Source of the DNA: Eledone cirrhosa
Lineage: Eukaryota
Assembly (NCBI GenBank): GCA_964016885.1
Contig: OZ024741.1
Coordinates: 193,254,001-193,318,000, forward strand
Length of the DNA stretch: 64,000 nt
Direction: 5' to 3'
Shown here: positions 1-12,700 of the stretch, one piece after another
Layout: each line of letters opens with the position of its first letter
Position numbering within the stretch: position 1 is the first letter of the stretch
Notes under the pieces: model-generated
Database searches by the model: none
What the model saw: only the letters and a program-made list of their open reading frames with translations
What the model was told of the DNA's origin: nothing
Program-made: the position numbers and the translations under genes

Positions 1-124
1 ATCTACATTGATATTATGCTCAAAGGCATTCAAGCTATGACCATCCTGTTTTTATCTTGTCTTAATTTGTTTTCATAATTTTCTTGTTGCTCTTGTTATT
101 GTTTTATTAATTTATTTATAATAT

Positions 125-1730
125 GTATTTCTTTATTGGTTACTAGAGCCGAAACATGTAGGAAATAGAAAAGACAGGGACAGTATGAAAAGAATAAAAA
201 ATTTAAAACGTGTAAACAAATAATACAGATAACAATAAGCAACAAAAGTAAAACAATAAAAAATTCCCAAAAAGGTAGGGCACCATCCAGGAGTAAATCA
301 GGAACCCTAGCTAAGACTCCTTAATCACCATCGGAAGGTGCCCCTCTCTCCACTAAACACTCTAGCCAACAGTTGCATGGTCACAGTAGGCCTACCCATT
401 CGGTCCTTTATCGCTACATTCATCCACCTTTTAACAAATGTACTGGAGGGTGAGGGGAAGTACTTCCCTCTCCATCTTCACCTTCCTTTCCAAGTGGAAC
501 TTGAAAAAGTTATTGCGAGCTTGGTCGGAGAGGAAAATGTCTTCCTTCAGTCATAGGACCACGCTCACCATGCAAACTCTTTTTTTACAGCCACCAGACA
601 GAGGAAAACTGCCTGCACTTCCCGGTCAAAATAAGGTGGCGAGGCGATCTTCAAGATAGAGTCGGTCGATAGTCGGATTTGTTTTACACGCAATGATAAC
701 TTTCCGACAAAACTCCACAATTCAGCAATACTCGAACAGGTCCGTCTGGCCGCACTTCCATGCCTATAGAATTTGTCTTGAACGTGCAGTGCTCCTCGGT
801 AGCACTGTCAAACCAGGGGTTTCTGGAAATTGTTCATAGTCCTCAGCTCGAAAGTTCTCCAGAACAGGCTGGTTAGTTCGATTTCGTCGACGCCCACAGT
901 TTCTCCGAGAACGTCGTCCCACTTGCTCACCACTAGTCCACTATAGAACGGTAGAGTGGAATTTCCACTGACCGCATTGCCCGACTGGTAGAAAGCTGTG
1001 AGCGCATGAAAACATTCCAGATGCCAAGTGCCCAGTTACGGTCTTCGCTTGACCCACGACTGCAGTTGAGTCACAGAGACGAGCTGCAGAAACACCTGTC
1101 TTACAAACAGCGACCACAATTGTATTTAGGGATACCTGGAGATGCCGTAACATCAACCACGGCTTGCCCAGTCCTCCACGCAAAGCATGTCGGCAGTAGA
1201 TGACCCGCCTGACCAGTGGAACCTCTCCCTTTTAAAAGAAGTGAAACAGTAGGCGCTCCATTCTAGTGAGGTGCTGTCTGGAGGAAATGATGTACGCATT
1301 CACCACCTCCACCCGATCTTTCAGGGATAGCTTCCGCTCGGCCCGTTTCTAGGTAAGATTGACCACCATGCTGTTAACTTGTCTCAGTCCCTAACCAACT
1401 GTGTTCCGGACTCAACCAGACCCCGAGAGACTTCACCGGTCCGTCCGTCCAGCGTCTCATGACAAAATACCACAAGTCAGCCAGGTGCCGAGTTGCAAAC
1501 CAACCGATTTACCCGGGTTTATTTTTGCTCACGTCGACGTTCCTGTCAGTAGTTGCCGAAGTCGTCGACACCATTACGGTGAAATCGCTCGCATAGGCCA
1601 GCGCAGCCCTTCCACGTCCATGTTTGAACGGGATTCATTGAAATATCTCCAGCTTCCGCAGTAAATGCTCAAGAGTCAATACGTACAGAAGAGGGGAGAA
1701 ATAGTCCTTGTTAGATTGAGCGCGTGATCT
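125..1730 (-). mobile_element. Decayed 5'-truncated Tx1-clade LINE (diverged subfamily), RT C-terminal half plus 3' end
   Basis: Minus-strand fragments (GGLGKPWLMLRHL, GLQLGTW-like, ERKLSLKDRVEVVNAY-like) align with the Tx1 ORF2 at 50483-51736. AATAAAGAAA 3' signal at ~128-137. Confidence 0.8.
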
Positions 1731-2344
1731 GAAATGATCCAGTTAGGTAGTTCTCGAGTTTTAGGGAAACAGACAGACATTCTCTGTTTTAGATATAGAG
1801 ACTAGCAGAAAACCACCCGGTGGGCGGTTTTCTGCTAGCAAATCTAGTGTATATACTGATATTGTTGAGATTTGGATGAGAAATGTTTTCGGCACCACAT
1901 GTTCACCGTCTCTCTGTGTGTCTTTTATGCATGTATAAATATATATGTTATCTATACGGTGAAATCTTTGAAATAAATATATGTTAAAACGAAAAAGGAG
2001 AAAAAGAGATTAGTGACGGAAATATAAACGTTATGATACATAAACGTTATGATATAACGATGGAAATATATCTTCAAATGGTCCTTGGCATGGTGTCAAG
2101 TCAGAACCGCCTCGAACTGGTTACTTCTGGCTTGTGCAAGGTGTCTCTATAGCAACCAGCGATTCCCTCGGCCTCAGTGACCAAAGTCAGTGGAGAGGTG
2201 AAGGTAATGTTTCTATAGCGACAGTGTTTCTCTCGGTAGTACCAAAGTGGAGAAAGGAAGGGGAAGGTAATATTTCTGTAGCACCTACATTTGAGTTTTA
2301 GGGAAGGACAGACAGACAGACAGACAAACAGAGAAATGCCCATA

Positions 2345-2350
2345 TATTTC

Positions 2351-2387
<37 letters not shown>

Positions 2388-2415
2388 TACACACACAGAA
2401 ATGTATATATATTTC

Positions 2416-2446
<31 letters not shown>

Positions 2447-2472
2447 TACACTCACAGAAATGTATATATATT

Positions 2473-2517
<45 letters not shown>

Positions 2518-2620
2518 CACACACAGAAATGTATATATATTTCTGTGTGTATATATATATATTTCTCTGTGTGTATATATATATATATATTACACACACA
2601 GAAATGTATATATATTTCTT
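2345..2620. repeat. Palindromic minisatellite, ~4 units of CACACAGAAATGTATATATATTTCTGTGTG separated by (TA)n
   Basis: Directly visible tandem units, each self-complementary. Confidence 0.9.
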
Positions 2621-2739
2621 AGAACAAAATTATTATTAATGTTTTGCTGTTCATAACAATTGGAATTGAAAAATTACTTTTGAAATTATAAGTTATTTTA
2701 CTAATGCTTAGATATGTAAAAATGAAGCAATGTTTCTAA

Positions 2740-2930
2740 TAATTGTTTCTAATTTTGGCACAAGGCCAGCAATTACCCAGTACATTACTGGTATTTTATT
2801 TTATCGACCCTGTGAGGATGAAAGGCAAAGTTAACCTCGGCGGTATTTGAACTTAAACCGTAAAGAGACGTAACTCCATGCTATGAAGCATGGTGTCCGA
2901 CTCTCTACAGATTCTGCCAATCCACCGCCC
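2740..2930 (-). mobile_element. tRNA-derived SINE (Meta/MESC-like central domain), full length
   Basis: A-box-like TGGCAGAATC, B-box-like GTTCAAATACC, core CTTTGCCTTTCATCCT..GGGTCGATAAAATAAA.TACCAG, (ATT)n tail. Confidence 0.85.
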
Positions 2931-3279
2931 TAATGTCTGTACGTAATGAGGGAGTGAGAGGGGAGAGAAAGAAAGGCAGAGGTGAAGTGACGAAGTGACT
3001 CTCTCCTCCTCCTCCTCCTCCATCTCCCGTTCGTCACAGCGATAGAGGGGAGGAATGTTAGTGTGTTACAAAGAGAAAGAGTGAGAGTGAGAGAAACAGA
3101 CAGACTAAAAGAGTGGGATAGCTGGAGAGAGAGAGAGATAGCAACCACGCGCGCACGTGTTTCTACTGTCGGACAGACAGACAGAGAAATTGCTGGTTAT
3201 ATATTATAAGGAGATATACACACGGCGTTCAAGCGTTACACACTTACACACGTAAGAAATAAACCAATAGATATATAGA

Positions 3280-4543
3280 TAATAATAATAATAATAATGC
3301 TTTCTTTATTAACCACAAGGGTTTACATAAAGTAGACATTAAGGAGAGTACAGGACAATAAAGGGCGGTACAAATAGGCATTTCTGCGTGTAAAAAAAAC
3401 AGAGGATGTAATAAAAAAATAACAATGAAAAATTCCCCAATAGGGGGGAGACTTCCGACAAAATGCTGGGAATAGAGCACTTCCCTCTCTACCGTGATTT
3501 TCCTTTTCAAATGAAATTTGAAAAAGTTAATCAGGGCATCACCGAAGAGGTAAGTGCTCGTCTTCAGCCCTTTAAAACGTGTCCACCATACTATCTCTTT
3601 CGCCATGGCCACCAGACAGATAAAAACTGCCTGCCCTTCCCGGCTAAAGGAAGAGGGCGGGGCAATCCTCACGATGGACTCAGCTGATAGCTGGATCCCT
3701 CCTACACGTGACAGCAGCTGTTCGACATAAACCCACAAGTCAGCATTGCTCGGACACTGGACGAGTGCGTGCAGGACGGTTTCGTCGCCCTGCGCGCATC
3801 TTGGACATGCCCGGCTGACGGTACCTCCATGCCTGTAGAGTTTATCCCGAACTGGCAAAGCTCCTCGGTAGCACTGCCAGGCCAGGGATTTCTGGAAGTT
3901 GTCCATAGGCCCGGCCCGAAAGTCCTTCCGAAGAGATTGGCTAGTTGACTTTCGTCGACGCCTAGAGTTTCTCCAAGTACGTTGTCGCTCTTCCCCTCCA
4001 CTAATCCTCTATAGAACGCCAAGGTGGAGTTTCCACCGATCACATTGCCCGATTGGTCGAGGGCTGTGAGCGCCTGAAGACATTCCAGTCTCCAAGCGCT
4101 CCCTCTCGGTCTTCGGTTGACCCAGGACTGCAGCTCCGTCAAGGAGACGAGCTGGGGAAAGACGTGTCTAGTAAACGGCGACCACACCTGATCACCGTCG
4201 AGGAAGAGGTGGAGATGTGGTAGCCTGAGCGCGTGTCTGCGCACAATCAGCCACGGCATGCCCAGCCCTCCACGTAGCGGGTGTTGACTGCAGATGGACC
4301 GGCTGACCATCGGAGTGCGTCTCTTCCACAAAAAGCGAAAGAGCAAACGCTCCAGCGCAGTCAGGCGGGGCTTAGGACAAGTTACGACGGTCAGGCGGTA
4401 GTGATGACGGACGCAATATACGCGTTAGCCACCTCCGCTCGACCTTTCAGGGATAGCTTCCTCTCGGCCCATTTCTGGGTGAGAGAAACCACCCTGCTCG
4501 TCACCTCGTCCCAGATTTTGTCCGTCTGGAGATCCGGACCGAA
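3280..4543 (-). mobile_element. 5'-truncated Tx1-clade LINE, subfamily A
   Basis: ORFs 3244-3906 and 3702-4346 are near-identical to 50483-51736 (CPRC..ETVLHALVQC zinc motif). AATAAA followed by (ATT)n tail. Deletion at ~3458. Confidence 0.92.
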
Positions 4544-4990
4544 GGTGAAGGTGCTGTGGGATTTTAGGATACAGACGGACAAGAAACTGGAACACAATAG
4601 ACTTGACCTGGTGGTTTTGGACAAGGAAAAAAGATCGTGCCTGATTGTGGATGTGGCCTGCCCATTCGACACAAGAGTGCAAGAGAAGGAGAGGGAGAAA
4701 ATTAACCGATACCAGGATTTAAAGTGGGAGGTAAAAAGGATTTGGAACTGCCATAGGCGCACTAGGTACTATCTCAAAAGGTTTCCAGGGATGGTTAAAG
4801 AAAATTGGCCCCGCCACGCTCTTTGGAACGCTTCAAAAGGCATGCTTGCTGGAAACAGCAAGAACCCCCCGATACGTCCTGAATATCTGAGGCTGCAGGT
4901 AGTGGCTTGATATTCATTTCAACAAACTTTCCAGTTAACTAACATCAATGACTGAGACTCAAAGTACAATAATAATAATAATAATAATAA
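4544..4990 (+). mobile_element. 3' fragment of R4/Dong-clade LINE (RLE domain, 3' UTR, (AAT)n tail)
   Basis: KVLWDFRIQTDKKLEHNRLDLVV..IVDVACP..EKINRYQDL. The 3' UTR is essentially identical to 9347-9440. Confidence 0.92.
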
Positions 4991-5038
4991 TTGTTTCTAC
5001 TTTTGGCACAAGGCCAGCAATTATCCCAGTGTATTACT
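4991..5038 (-). mobile_element. SINE 3' fragment sharing its tail with the Dong tail
   Basis: TTGTTTCTACTTTTGGCACAAGGCCAGCAATT matches the SINE 3' end. Confidence 0.75.
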
Positions 5039-5859
5039 AGGGAAGATACGCACGTGGTGACTTATAGTGTTATGGAATCGCTCCCGTAAGTTTTTGATTT
5101 TTACATATTTAAAACAACTGTGATAGAATAATTCTTATTACAAATGAAACATAAGATTACAGTTTCGGCTCTCAGCAAGCGATAACGCATCACATTATGG
5201 CATGGGGCCCAATATTTAATATTTAATTTTGGATCAGAAATGTTAAAGTAAAAAAAGATGAAAATCGCTACGTGGACAGAGGGGCAAATAATTTCACCAC
5301 CAACACCACCACCGCCACCATCACCACTACCACGCAAAAAATCTAGCCAAGCCAACTGTTACTTCAACTTCTATTTCTACTTCAACTTCAACACCATCAT
5401 TACAGTACTACGATCACATCATCACCACCACCACTGCCTCATTATCCCTACCGCCGCTATTCTCTCCCACTTCCTCCTGCTAAGTACTACTATCACATCA
5501 CCACCACCATAGCCTCATTATTGCTACCACCGCTATTCTCTCCCACTACCTCCTGCTAAGACAGAGGGATCGTAGTATTCTCCCTAAGTGAGGAAGGTAT
5601 CAAAAGATATAAATAGACTGATGTGATGACCCGGTCAAAAAATCAAAAAATCAAAAAAATCAAAAATCAACATCAAAACAGCATACCAGCAACGAAAAAC
5701 TTAAAGAAAAGAAAAAGGAAAAGAAAAACAAACAAACAAACAAACAAAAAACTAAGTCAGACATTCAAACATTACATTACAATGAAACTTAAACATATGC
5801 TTATTTTTAGAAGTTTTTACCTATTTATTTTTTTATTTATTTATGTTCGCCTACAGCAT

Positions 5860-8800
5860 GATAGTACCATGCTAAAATCACCGTGGGTGATCAAATCACA
5901 GGGAGTGATGAAATCACCGGTAGTTATGTAACCATACATTCACCAATCCTCGATATGAGTGTTTAAATGTCGAACCTAAACAGTTCGAATAACGGTGAAG
6001 TGGAGACTGGAATGTCATGTGACAGACTCTAACGCAGCAGGTGTTCCCTGGCCCAGCAGCAGGGACCTGGCTGTCATCGAAATACTGCTGGTGTTGAAGG
6101 AAGAAGAAGAAGGAAAGGGACCGGAACCAACTGGATGAAAGAATTGAATAGAACTGTTATGCAATGTTACCTGAAGAGTAACCCCAAGGAAAAAGGCTAT
6201 AGGAAACGGATGCATAGCATCTGGAACGAGATTGGTCTATTTAAATTAGATGAACAAAAATTGGCCGGGCAGGCTCGGGTAATAAGAACTAATGGGTGGA
6301 TAAGCGAGCTGGAACTGGAGGAACTCAGCAGAGAGATTAGATTGAAAATGGAGAGTGGAGTATGCCAGGAAAACGAGTCAGTGAGAGATGAAGGTGAAGA
6401 GGTTGAGAGAAGGGAGGAAGCATCCGAAACAGACAATGATCTGAATGCTGAAATAAATGTTACCTGGAACAAAGATACGGCAATTGAGGAAACGAATGCT
6501 GACGGGCTAGTACAAGATTTGGTTGATATCCTAAACTTAGTGGTAGATGAAATGAACAATGATAGCGGGAAACCTATGAACCTAAGATTTGTAGACAGGA
6601 AAAAGTTAAAAGAAACAATAGCTAAGGTAAACAAAGTCATCCCATACCTTGAGGCGAGGAACCTTCACCAGTGCAACAATATCCTCAAAGCAATAGCAAA
6701 TGCGGTGAGGAAATTACTTGGCATAAAAGCGAGAGGAAACAACAAACAAGAAAGATCAGAACCTTGGTGGAAGAAACGACTGAATGGTCAAATCAGGGAA
6801 ATGAGAAAAGACATTGGAAAGCTTGAGACCCTACTGAATGGGACACTACAAAACATAGACACTAAAAATAGACTGGAAATAAAGTACAAAACTAGGAGGA
6901 AAAAGCCAAATATTATCATAGAGGAACTGAAGCAACGCATTGTAGCAAAGAGCGCAAAGATTAGGCGATACGAGAGAAGAGTCAGTCAGTATAGACAAAA
7001 CCGCATGTTTGACAACAGCCAGAAAATGTTGTTTGGACAGCTTGAAGGGAAAGAAAGAGGCAACGACTTGATCGCTGAGGCGGAACAAACTAAGACATTC
7101 TGGAGAGGAGTATGAGAGCAGGATGTTGAACATAATAATCGGGCAGTGTGGATTGAGACAGTACAGGAGGAGATTAGTGAACAGGCACACCAACAAACTG
7201 ATTTGAGTATTACAGTTGAAACTCTTAAGGGACAGGCCAGAAAACTAACCAATTGGAAATCACCAGGCCCAGATGGTGTACAGGGGTATTGGATTAAAAA
7301 TATAACATCTCCCCACACGAAACTGACAACCATGTTCAATGACTGCTTGATGTCAGATAAGGTACCAGAGTGGTTGACAAAAGGTACCACAGTTCTGGTA
7401 ATGAAAGACCGAACGAAGGGTAATAATGTTACAAACTATAGACCTATCACATGCCTGTCCGTAATGTGGAAACTGTTAACAAGCATTGTGTCTGAGGGAA
7501 TCTACCATCACCTGCACATAAACAACTTGTTAACGGACGAACAAAAAGGATGCCGAAAGAAGTCCCGTGGTATAAAGGACCACTTACTTATTGATAAGAT
7601 GGTAATGAGTAATTGCAAGAGGATACACACTGGTCTTGCCATGGGATGGATAGACTACAAAAAGGCATTAGACATGGTATCTCATTCTTGGATCACCAAA
7701 AGCCTAGAGATCTTCAGGGTGGCAGATAATATCAGACAGTTGTTGACCAAAAGTATGAAGTCCTGGAAAACAGAGTTAACATCGGGCGGAGAATCCTTGG
7801 GAGGCGTGAAGATCAAGAGAGGTATCTTCCAGGGAGATAGTTTGTCCCCTCTGTTGTTTGTCCTTGCCCTGATCCTCCTGACCATTATACTGCGAAAAAT
7901 GAGAGCAGGATACAAGTTGGGAAAGGGAGAGCTTACCATCAATCACCTCCTCTTCATGGACGATCTTAAGCTCTTCGGGAAGAGTTAGAAGGAGTTGGAT
8001 GTGCTCGTTGACACTGTCCGTATTTTCAGCAATGATATATGTATGCAATTTGGTATTAGTAAGGGTGGGGTCCTTGTGCGAAGAGGGGTAAATTGAGCAG
8101 AAGCAACGGAATCCAGGTACCAACAGGGGAGATGATAAAGGAAATTGATACTGAAGAAGGATACAAGTATTAGGGTGTTCTGGAGTCTGATGACATCAAG
8201 AACAAAAAATTGAAGGAATTGATAAGTACATTCAGAGAGTAAGGAGCGTATTACAGTCACATCTGAACAGTAGGAATGCCATAAGTGCAGTAAATTCCCG
8301 AGCTGTGTCTATTATTAGGTACAGTGCGGGAATTCTGAGATGGAATGTTGCTGAACAAAAAGAAATGGATAGGAAGCTATTGACTATCTACAACATGTTC
8401 CACAAGCGGAGTGATGTCGATAGACTCTACTTAAGGAGATCTGAAGGTGGAAGAGGTCTTATCAGCATAGAGGACTGTGTTCAGATGGAGAAAAGCAACC
8501 TACACAAATATGTGACTGATAGTAGGGAGCCAATGCTCAGAATTGTACTGAAGGAGAGGACAATAGACCAGGGGATGTCCAAGGAGGAAATAACAAGGAG
8601 AAAGAGCAACCTTCATGAAAAATCCCTTCATAGTACCTTCTTTGAGAAAACTGAAAATTAGAGATCCACAGACATGGAACTGGTTGAAAAGAGGAGACCT
8701 TAAAAGGCTACAGAAGGAATGCTAATGGCTGCGCAAGAGCAGAAGGAATGCTAATGGCTGCGAAGTGGCTGAAACACCATATTTACAAGGAGGAGGATAG

Positions 8801-9445
8801 CCCAGTGTAGGATCTGTGGAGAGAGAGAGGAGACTGTGGCTCACATTGTATCCGAGTGTAAACACCTAGCCCAGACTCACTATAAGGGCTGGAGACATGA
8901 TGTGATGGGCAGGGTGATCCACTGGCACCTATGCAAAGTAAACAATTTACCACATTCTGAGAAGTGGTATGAGGCGGTGATAGAAAACGATCAGGTGAAG
9001 GTGCTATGGGATTTTAGGATACAGACGGACAAGAAACTGGAACACAATAGACCTGAGCTGGTGGTTTTGGACAAGGAAAAAAGATTGTGGATGTGGCCTG
9101 CCCATTTGACACGAGAGTTCAAGAAAAGGGGAAAGAGAAAATTAACCGATACCAGGAGTTAAAGTGGGAATTAAAAAGGATTTGGGACTGTCATGAGATC
9201 AAGGTCGTCATAGCCGCACTAGGTACTATCTCAAAGAGTTTCCAAGGATGGTTAAAGGAAATTGGCCCCGCCCCGCTTTTTGGGACACTTCAAAAGCCAT
9301 GCTTGCTGAGACTAGCAAGAACCCTCCGATACGTCCTGAATATCTGAGGCTGCAGGTAGTGGCTTGATATTCATTTCAACAAACTTTCCAGTTAACTAAC
9401 ATCAATGACTGAGACTCAAAGAACAATAATAATAATAATAATAAT
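5860..9445 (+). mobile_element. Full-length but inactivated R4/Dong-clade non-LTR retrotransposon (N-terminal Myb-like region, RT, CCHC, RLE)
   Basis: N-term WMKELNRTVMQCY..GYRKRMHSIW..EQKLAGQ; RT motifs RGIFQGDSLSPLLF and LFMDD; GGRGL; C-RIC..ETVAHIVSEC; RHD; NRPE/D..DVACP. (AAT)n tail. Several stops and frameshifts. Confidence 0.95.
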
Positions 9446-9549
9446 GATTTCTTTATTGGCCAGAAGGGCTGACATCAAGAAAAACATTACAGACGGCACA
9501 GGACGTTACAGGACGGTATGATGTGGGTTTTATGCGTGTAAAGATTTTT

Positions 9550-9629
9550 TATTATATATATTTTAAAAAAAGACATAGTAACATATATATATATATATAT
9601 ATATAATATAATAAATAACAATATATATA

Positions 9630-9700
<71 letters not shown>
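9550..9700. repeat. (TA)n expansion inside the Tx1 3' UTR
   Basis: Directly visible. Confidence 0.9.
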
Positions 9701-12700
9701 TAATAAAAATGAAAATTGAAACAATGAAAAATTCCCCTACTGGGGGAAAACCTCGAGGGTTACTCGTGGCGAAAACCACACAAAATTCCACGGCCAACCT
9801 GACCACCAGGGCAAGCGCCCTCTCTCAATTTTTCCATTTCTCAAACTACAGGCGTATATTCAGAGCGGTCCCGTTCACTCGGACCATTCTCGCTACATTC
9901 ACCCACCTTTCAACAAACTTGCTAGAAGGCAGCACTTTGCCTCTCCACCCTGATTTTCCTCTTCAAGTGAAATTTGAAAAAGTCAATTAGGGATTCGCCG
10001 AAGAGGAAAGTGTCTGTCTTTAACCCTTTCAACCTTGTCCACCACACAATCTCTTTCGCCATGTCGATAACCGGATCAGACCCACACGCGACAGCAACTG
10101 TTCGACATAGCTCCACAAGTCAGCAATGCTCGGGCACTGAACGAGTGCGTGCACGACGGTTTCGTCGCTCTGCGCGCATCTCGGATAAGTTCGGCTGACG
10201 GAACTTCCGTGCCTGTAGAGCTTATCTCGAACAGGCAGCGCTCCCCGGTAGCACTGCCAGGCCAGGGATTTTTCGAAGTTATCCATAGGCCCTGGGCTGA
10301 AAGTTCTCCGGAAGAGAGCAAACAGCTGATCTTCTTCGACGCCCAGGATCTCTCCGAGAATGTCATCGCTCTTCCACTCCATTAGTCCTATATAGAACGC
10401 CGAGGTGGATGTTTCACCGATACTGGTGCCCAGCTGGCAGAGGGCGGTGAGCGCCTGGAGACATTCCAGTTTCCAAGCGCTATCCCTCGGTCTTTTCCTG
10501 GCCCAGTACTGCAGCTCCGTCAAGGAGACGAGCTGTGGGAAAACGTGCCTGGCGAACGGTGACCACACCTGTTCACCGTCCACAAAGCACCAGAGATGTC
10601 GCAGCCTCAACGCATGTTTGCGCATCATCAGCCGTGGCACACGCAGTCCTCAACGCACGGGTTTTGTCAGCAGATGGATCGTCTGAACATGGGAGCGCGT
10701 CCCTTCCACAAAAAGTGGAAGAGGAGACGCTCCATTTTGTAAAGAGTTGGGCCGAGGGAAGGCACGACCATGAGTCGGTAGCAGATGACGGATGCGATGT
10801 ACGCATACGCCACTTCCGCCCAGCCTTTCAGGGACAGCTTCCTCTCGGCCCATTTCTGGGTGAGGGAAGCCACTCTGCTCGTCACCTCGATCCAGTTTTT
10901 CTCCATCTGGGTGTCCGGTCCGAACTATACCCCGAGCAATTTAACCGATCCGTCCGTCCAACATCCCAAGACGCTGTCGGACGGCATGGACTTTCCTCTC
11001 CAGGTGCCGAGCTGCAAGCCCACCGACTTTTCCTGATTTATCTTTGCTCCTGTCACCGCTTCGTATTCCTTGAGAACGGTGCCGAACATCTGGACGTGTA
11101 TGGTGCTCGACACCACCACGGTGACGTCGTCGGCGTAAGCCGACTCGGATTTCCCGCATCCTAGTTCGCGTTGGACGCCCCTCATCGGCCCCAGTTTGTG
11201 CAGTAACGGCTCGAGAGCGGACAAGCCTGGCGGACCGAGCGCATGATGCTGAACGGCTGCGACAGGTGACCGTGACACTCACAATTGAGCAGATGTCGCT
11301 GTACATCGCAGCGATACAACCCCTGAAAACGGGCCCGAAACCGGCTACTTCGAGAACCGGCGCCAGGTATCTATGGTCGACCCTATCGAATGCCTTGCAT
11401 TGATCCAAGTTTGTCAGGACCCCACCCATGCCAGGTTCCTTAACCACCCTCTCTATGATGTATCGCATGAGGTGTAGATTGTCCTGTATGGATCTGTCCG
11501 GAATGGCGCATGTCTGCGCTTCTCCCACCAGACCCTTGACGACAAGCGCCAATCTCGTTGCTAACACTTTGGCCAAAATCTTGAACTCTGCGTTTAGCAG
11601 GGTTATGGGCCTGAAGTTATCGATAATATCCCCCTTGTTCTGGTCATTTCTCAGCAGCGCCACCGCTCCCCGGCTCACAAAACTGGGAATGCTCCCGTTC
11701 TGCTGCCAGTTGCAGTAGACGTCTGCCAAGAGGTCACCGAACAAGTCTGTCGGTCGTCGAGAGCCGAGGCAGTCCGTCGAGGTATGCACTGAAGTCCATG
11801 CCCCGATCCGGGCCGCCGCCGCTCCTCAACAGTTCAGCACAGTGCAGCTTCCTCTCAGCCCATTTCTGGGTGAGGGAGGCCACCCTGCTCGTCACCTCGT
11901 TCCAGTTTTTTTCCATCTGGAGGTCTGGTCCGAACCAGACCCCGAGCAATTTAACCGGTGCGTCCGTCCAACGCCCCACGACGCTGTCGGACGGCATGGA
12001 CTTGCCTCTCCATGTGCCTAGCTGCAAGCCCACCGACTTTTCCTGGTTTATCTTTGCTCCTGTCACCGCTTCGTATTCCTTGAGAGCGATGCCGAACATC
12101 TGGACGTGTCTGGTGCTCGACACCACCACGGTGACGTCGTCAGCGTAAGCCGACTCGGATTTCCCGCATCCTAGTTCGCGTGGGACGCCCCTCATCACCC
12201 CCAGTTTGTGCAGTAACGGCTCGAGGGCCAATGCGTACAAGAGGGACGAGAGGGGACAACCCTGGCGGACTGAGCGCATGATGCTGAACGGCTGCGACAG
12301 ATGACCGTTCACCCTCACAACTGAGCAGATGTCGCTGTAGATTGCTGCGATACAACGCCTGAAAACGGGCCCGAAACCGGCTGCTTCGAGGACCGCCGCC
12401 AGGTACCGATGCTCGACCCTATCGAATGCTTTGGATTGATCCAAGTTGATCAGGACTCCACCCTTGCCAGGTTCCTTAACCACCCTCTCTATGATGTATC
12501 GCATGAGGTGGAGGTTGTCGTGTATGGATCTGTCCGGAATGGCGCATGTCTGCGCCTCTCCCACCAGACCCTTGACGACAAGCGCCAACCTCGTTGCTCA
12601 CACCTTGGCCAAAATCTTGAACTTTGCGTTTAGCTGGGTTATGGGCCTGAAATTATCAATAACATCTCCCTTGTTCGGGTCTTTTCTCAGCAGCGCCACC

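Larger units (their letters stand above)
1801..3210 (-). mobile_element. Non-autonomous Helitron-like element(s), nested with a minisatellite and a SINE
   Basis: Reverse strand ends in a GC-rich hairpin plus CTAG|T at 1801. (CAGA)n followed by ...TATAGA-type ends at 1775-1800, 2300-2345 and 3170-3210. Same architecture as 41858-42612. Confidence 0.5.

Noticed and set aside
2101-2656. Multiple YI/CV-rich ORFs (also 9552, 41974, 43900, 49626, 55877)
   Set aside because: Translations of (TA)n, (CA)n or (AAT)n microsatellites, not genes.
4281-4910. 209-aa ORF that looks like a novel nuclease fusion
   Set aside because: The N-terminal half is antisense Tx1 sequence and is open only by chance across the chimeric junction.
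5870-5930. Repeated ATCAC/GTGAT hairpins at the Dong 5' end as a ribozyme
   Set aside because: No recognisable catalytic core, and mostly absent in the second copy.
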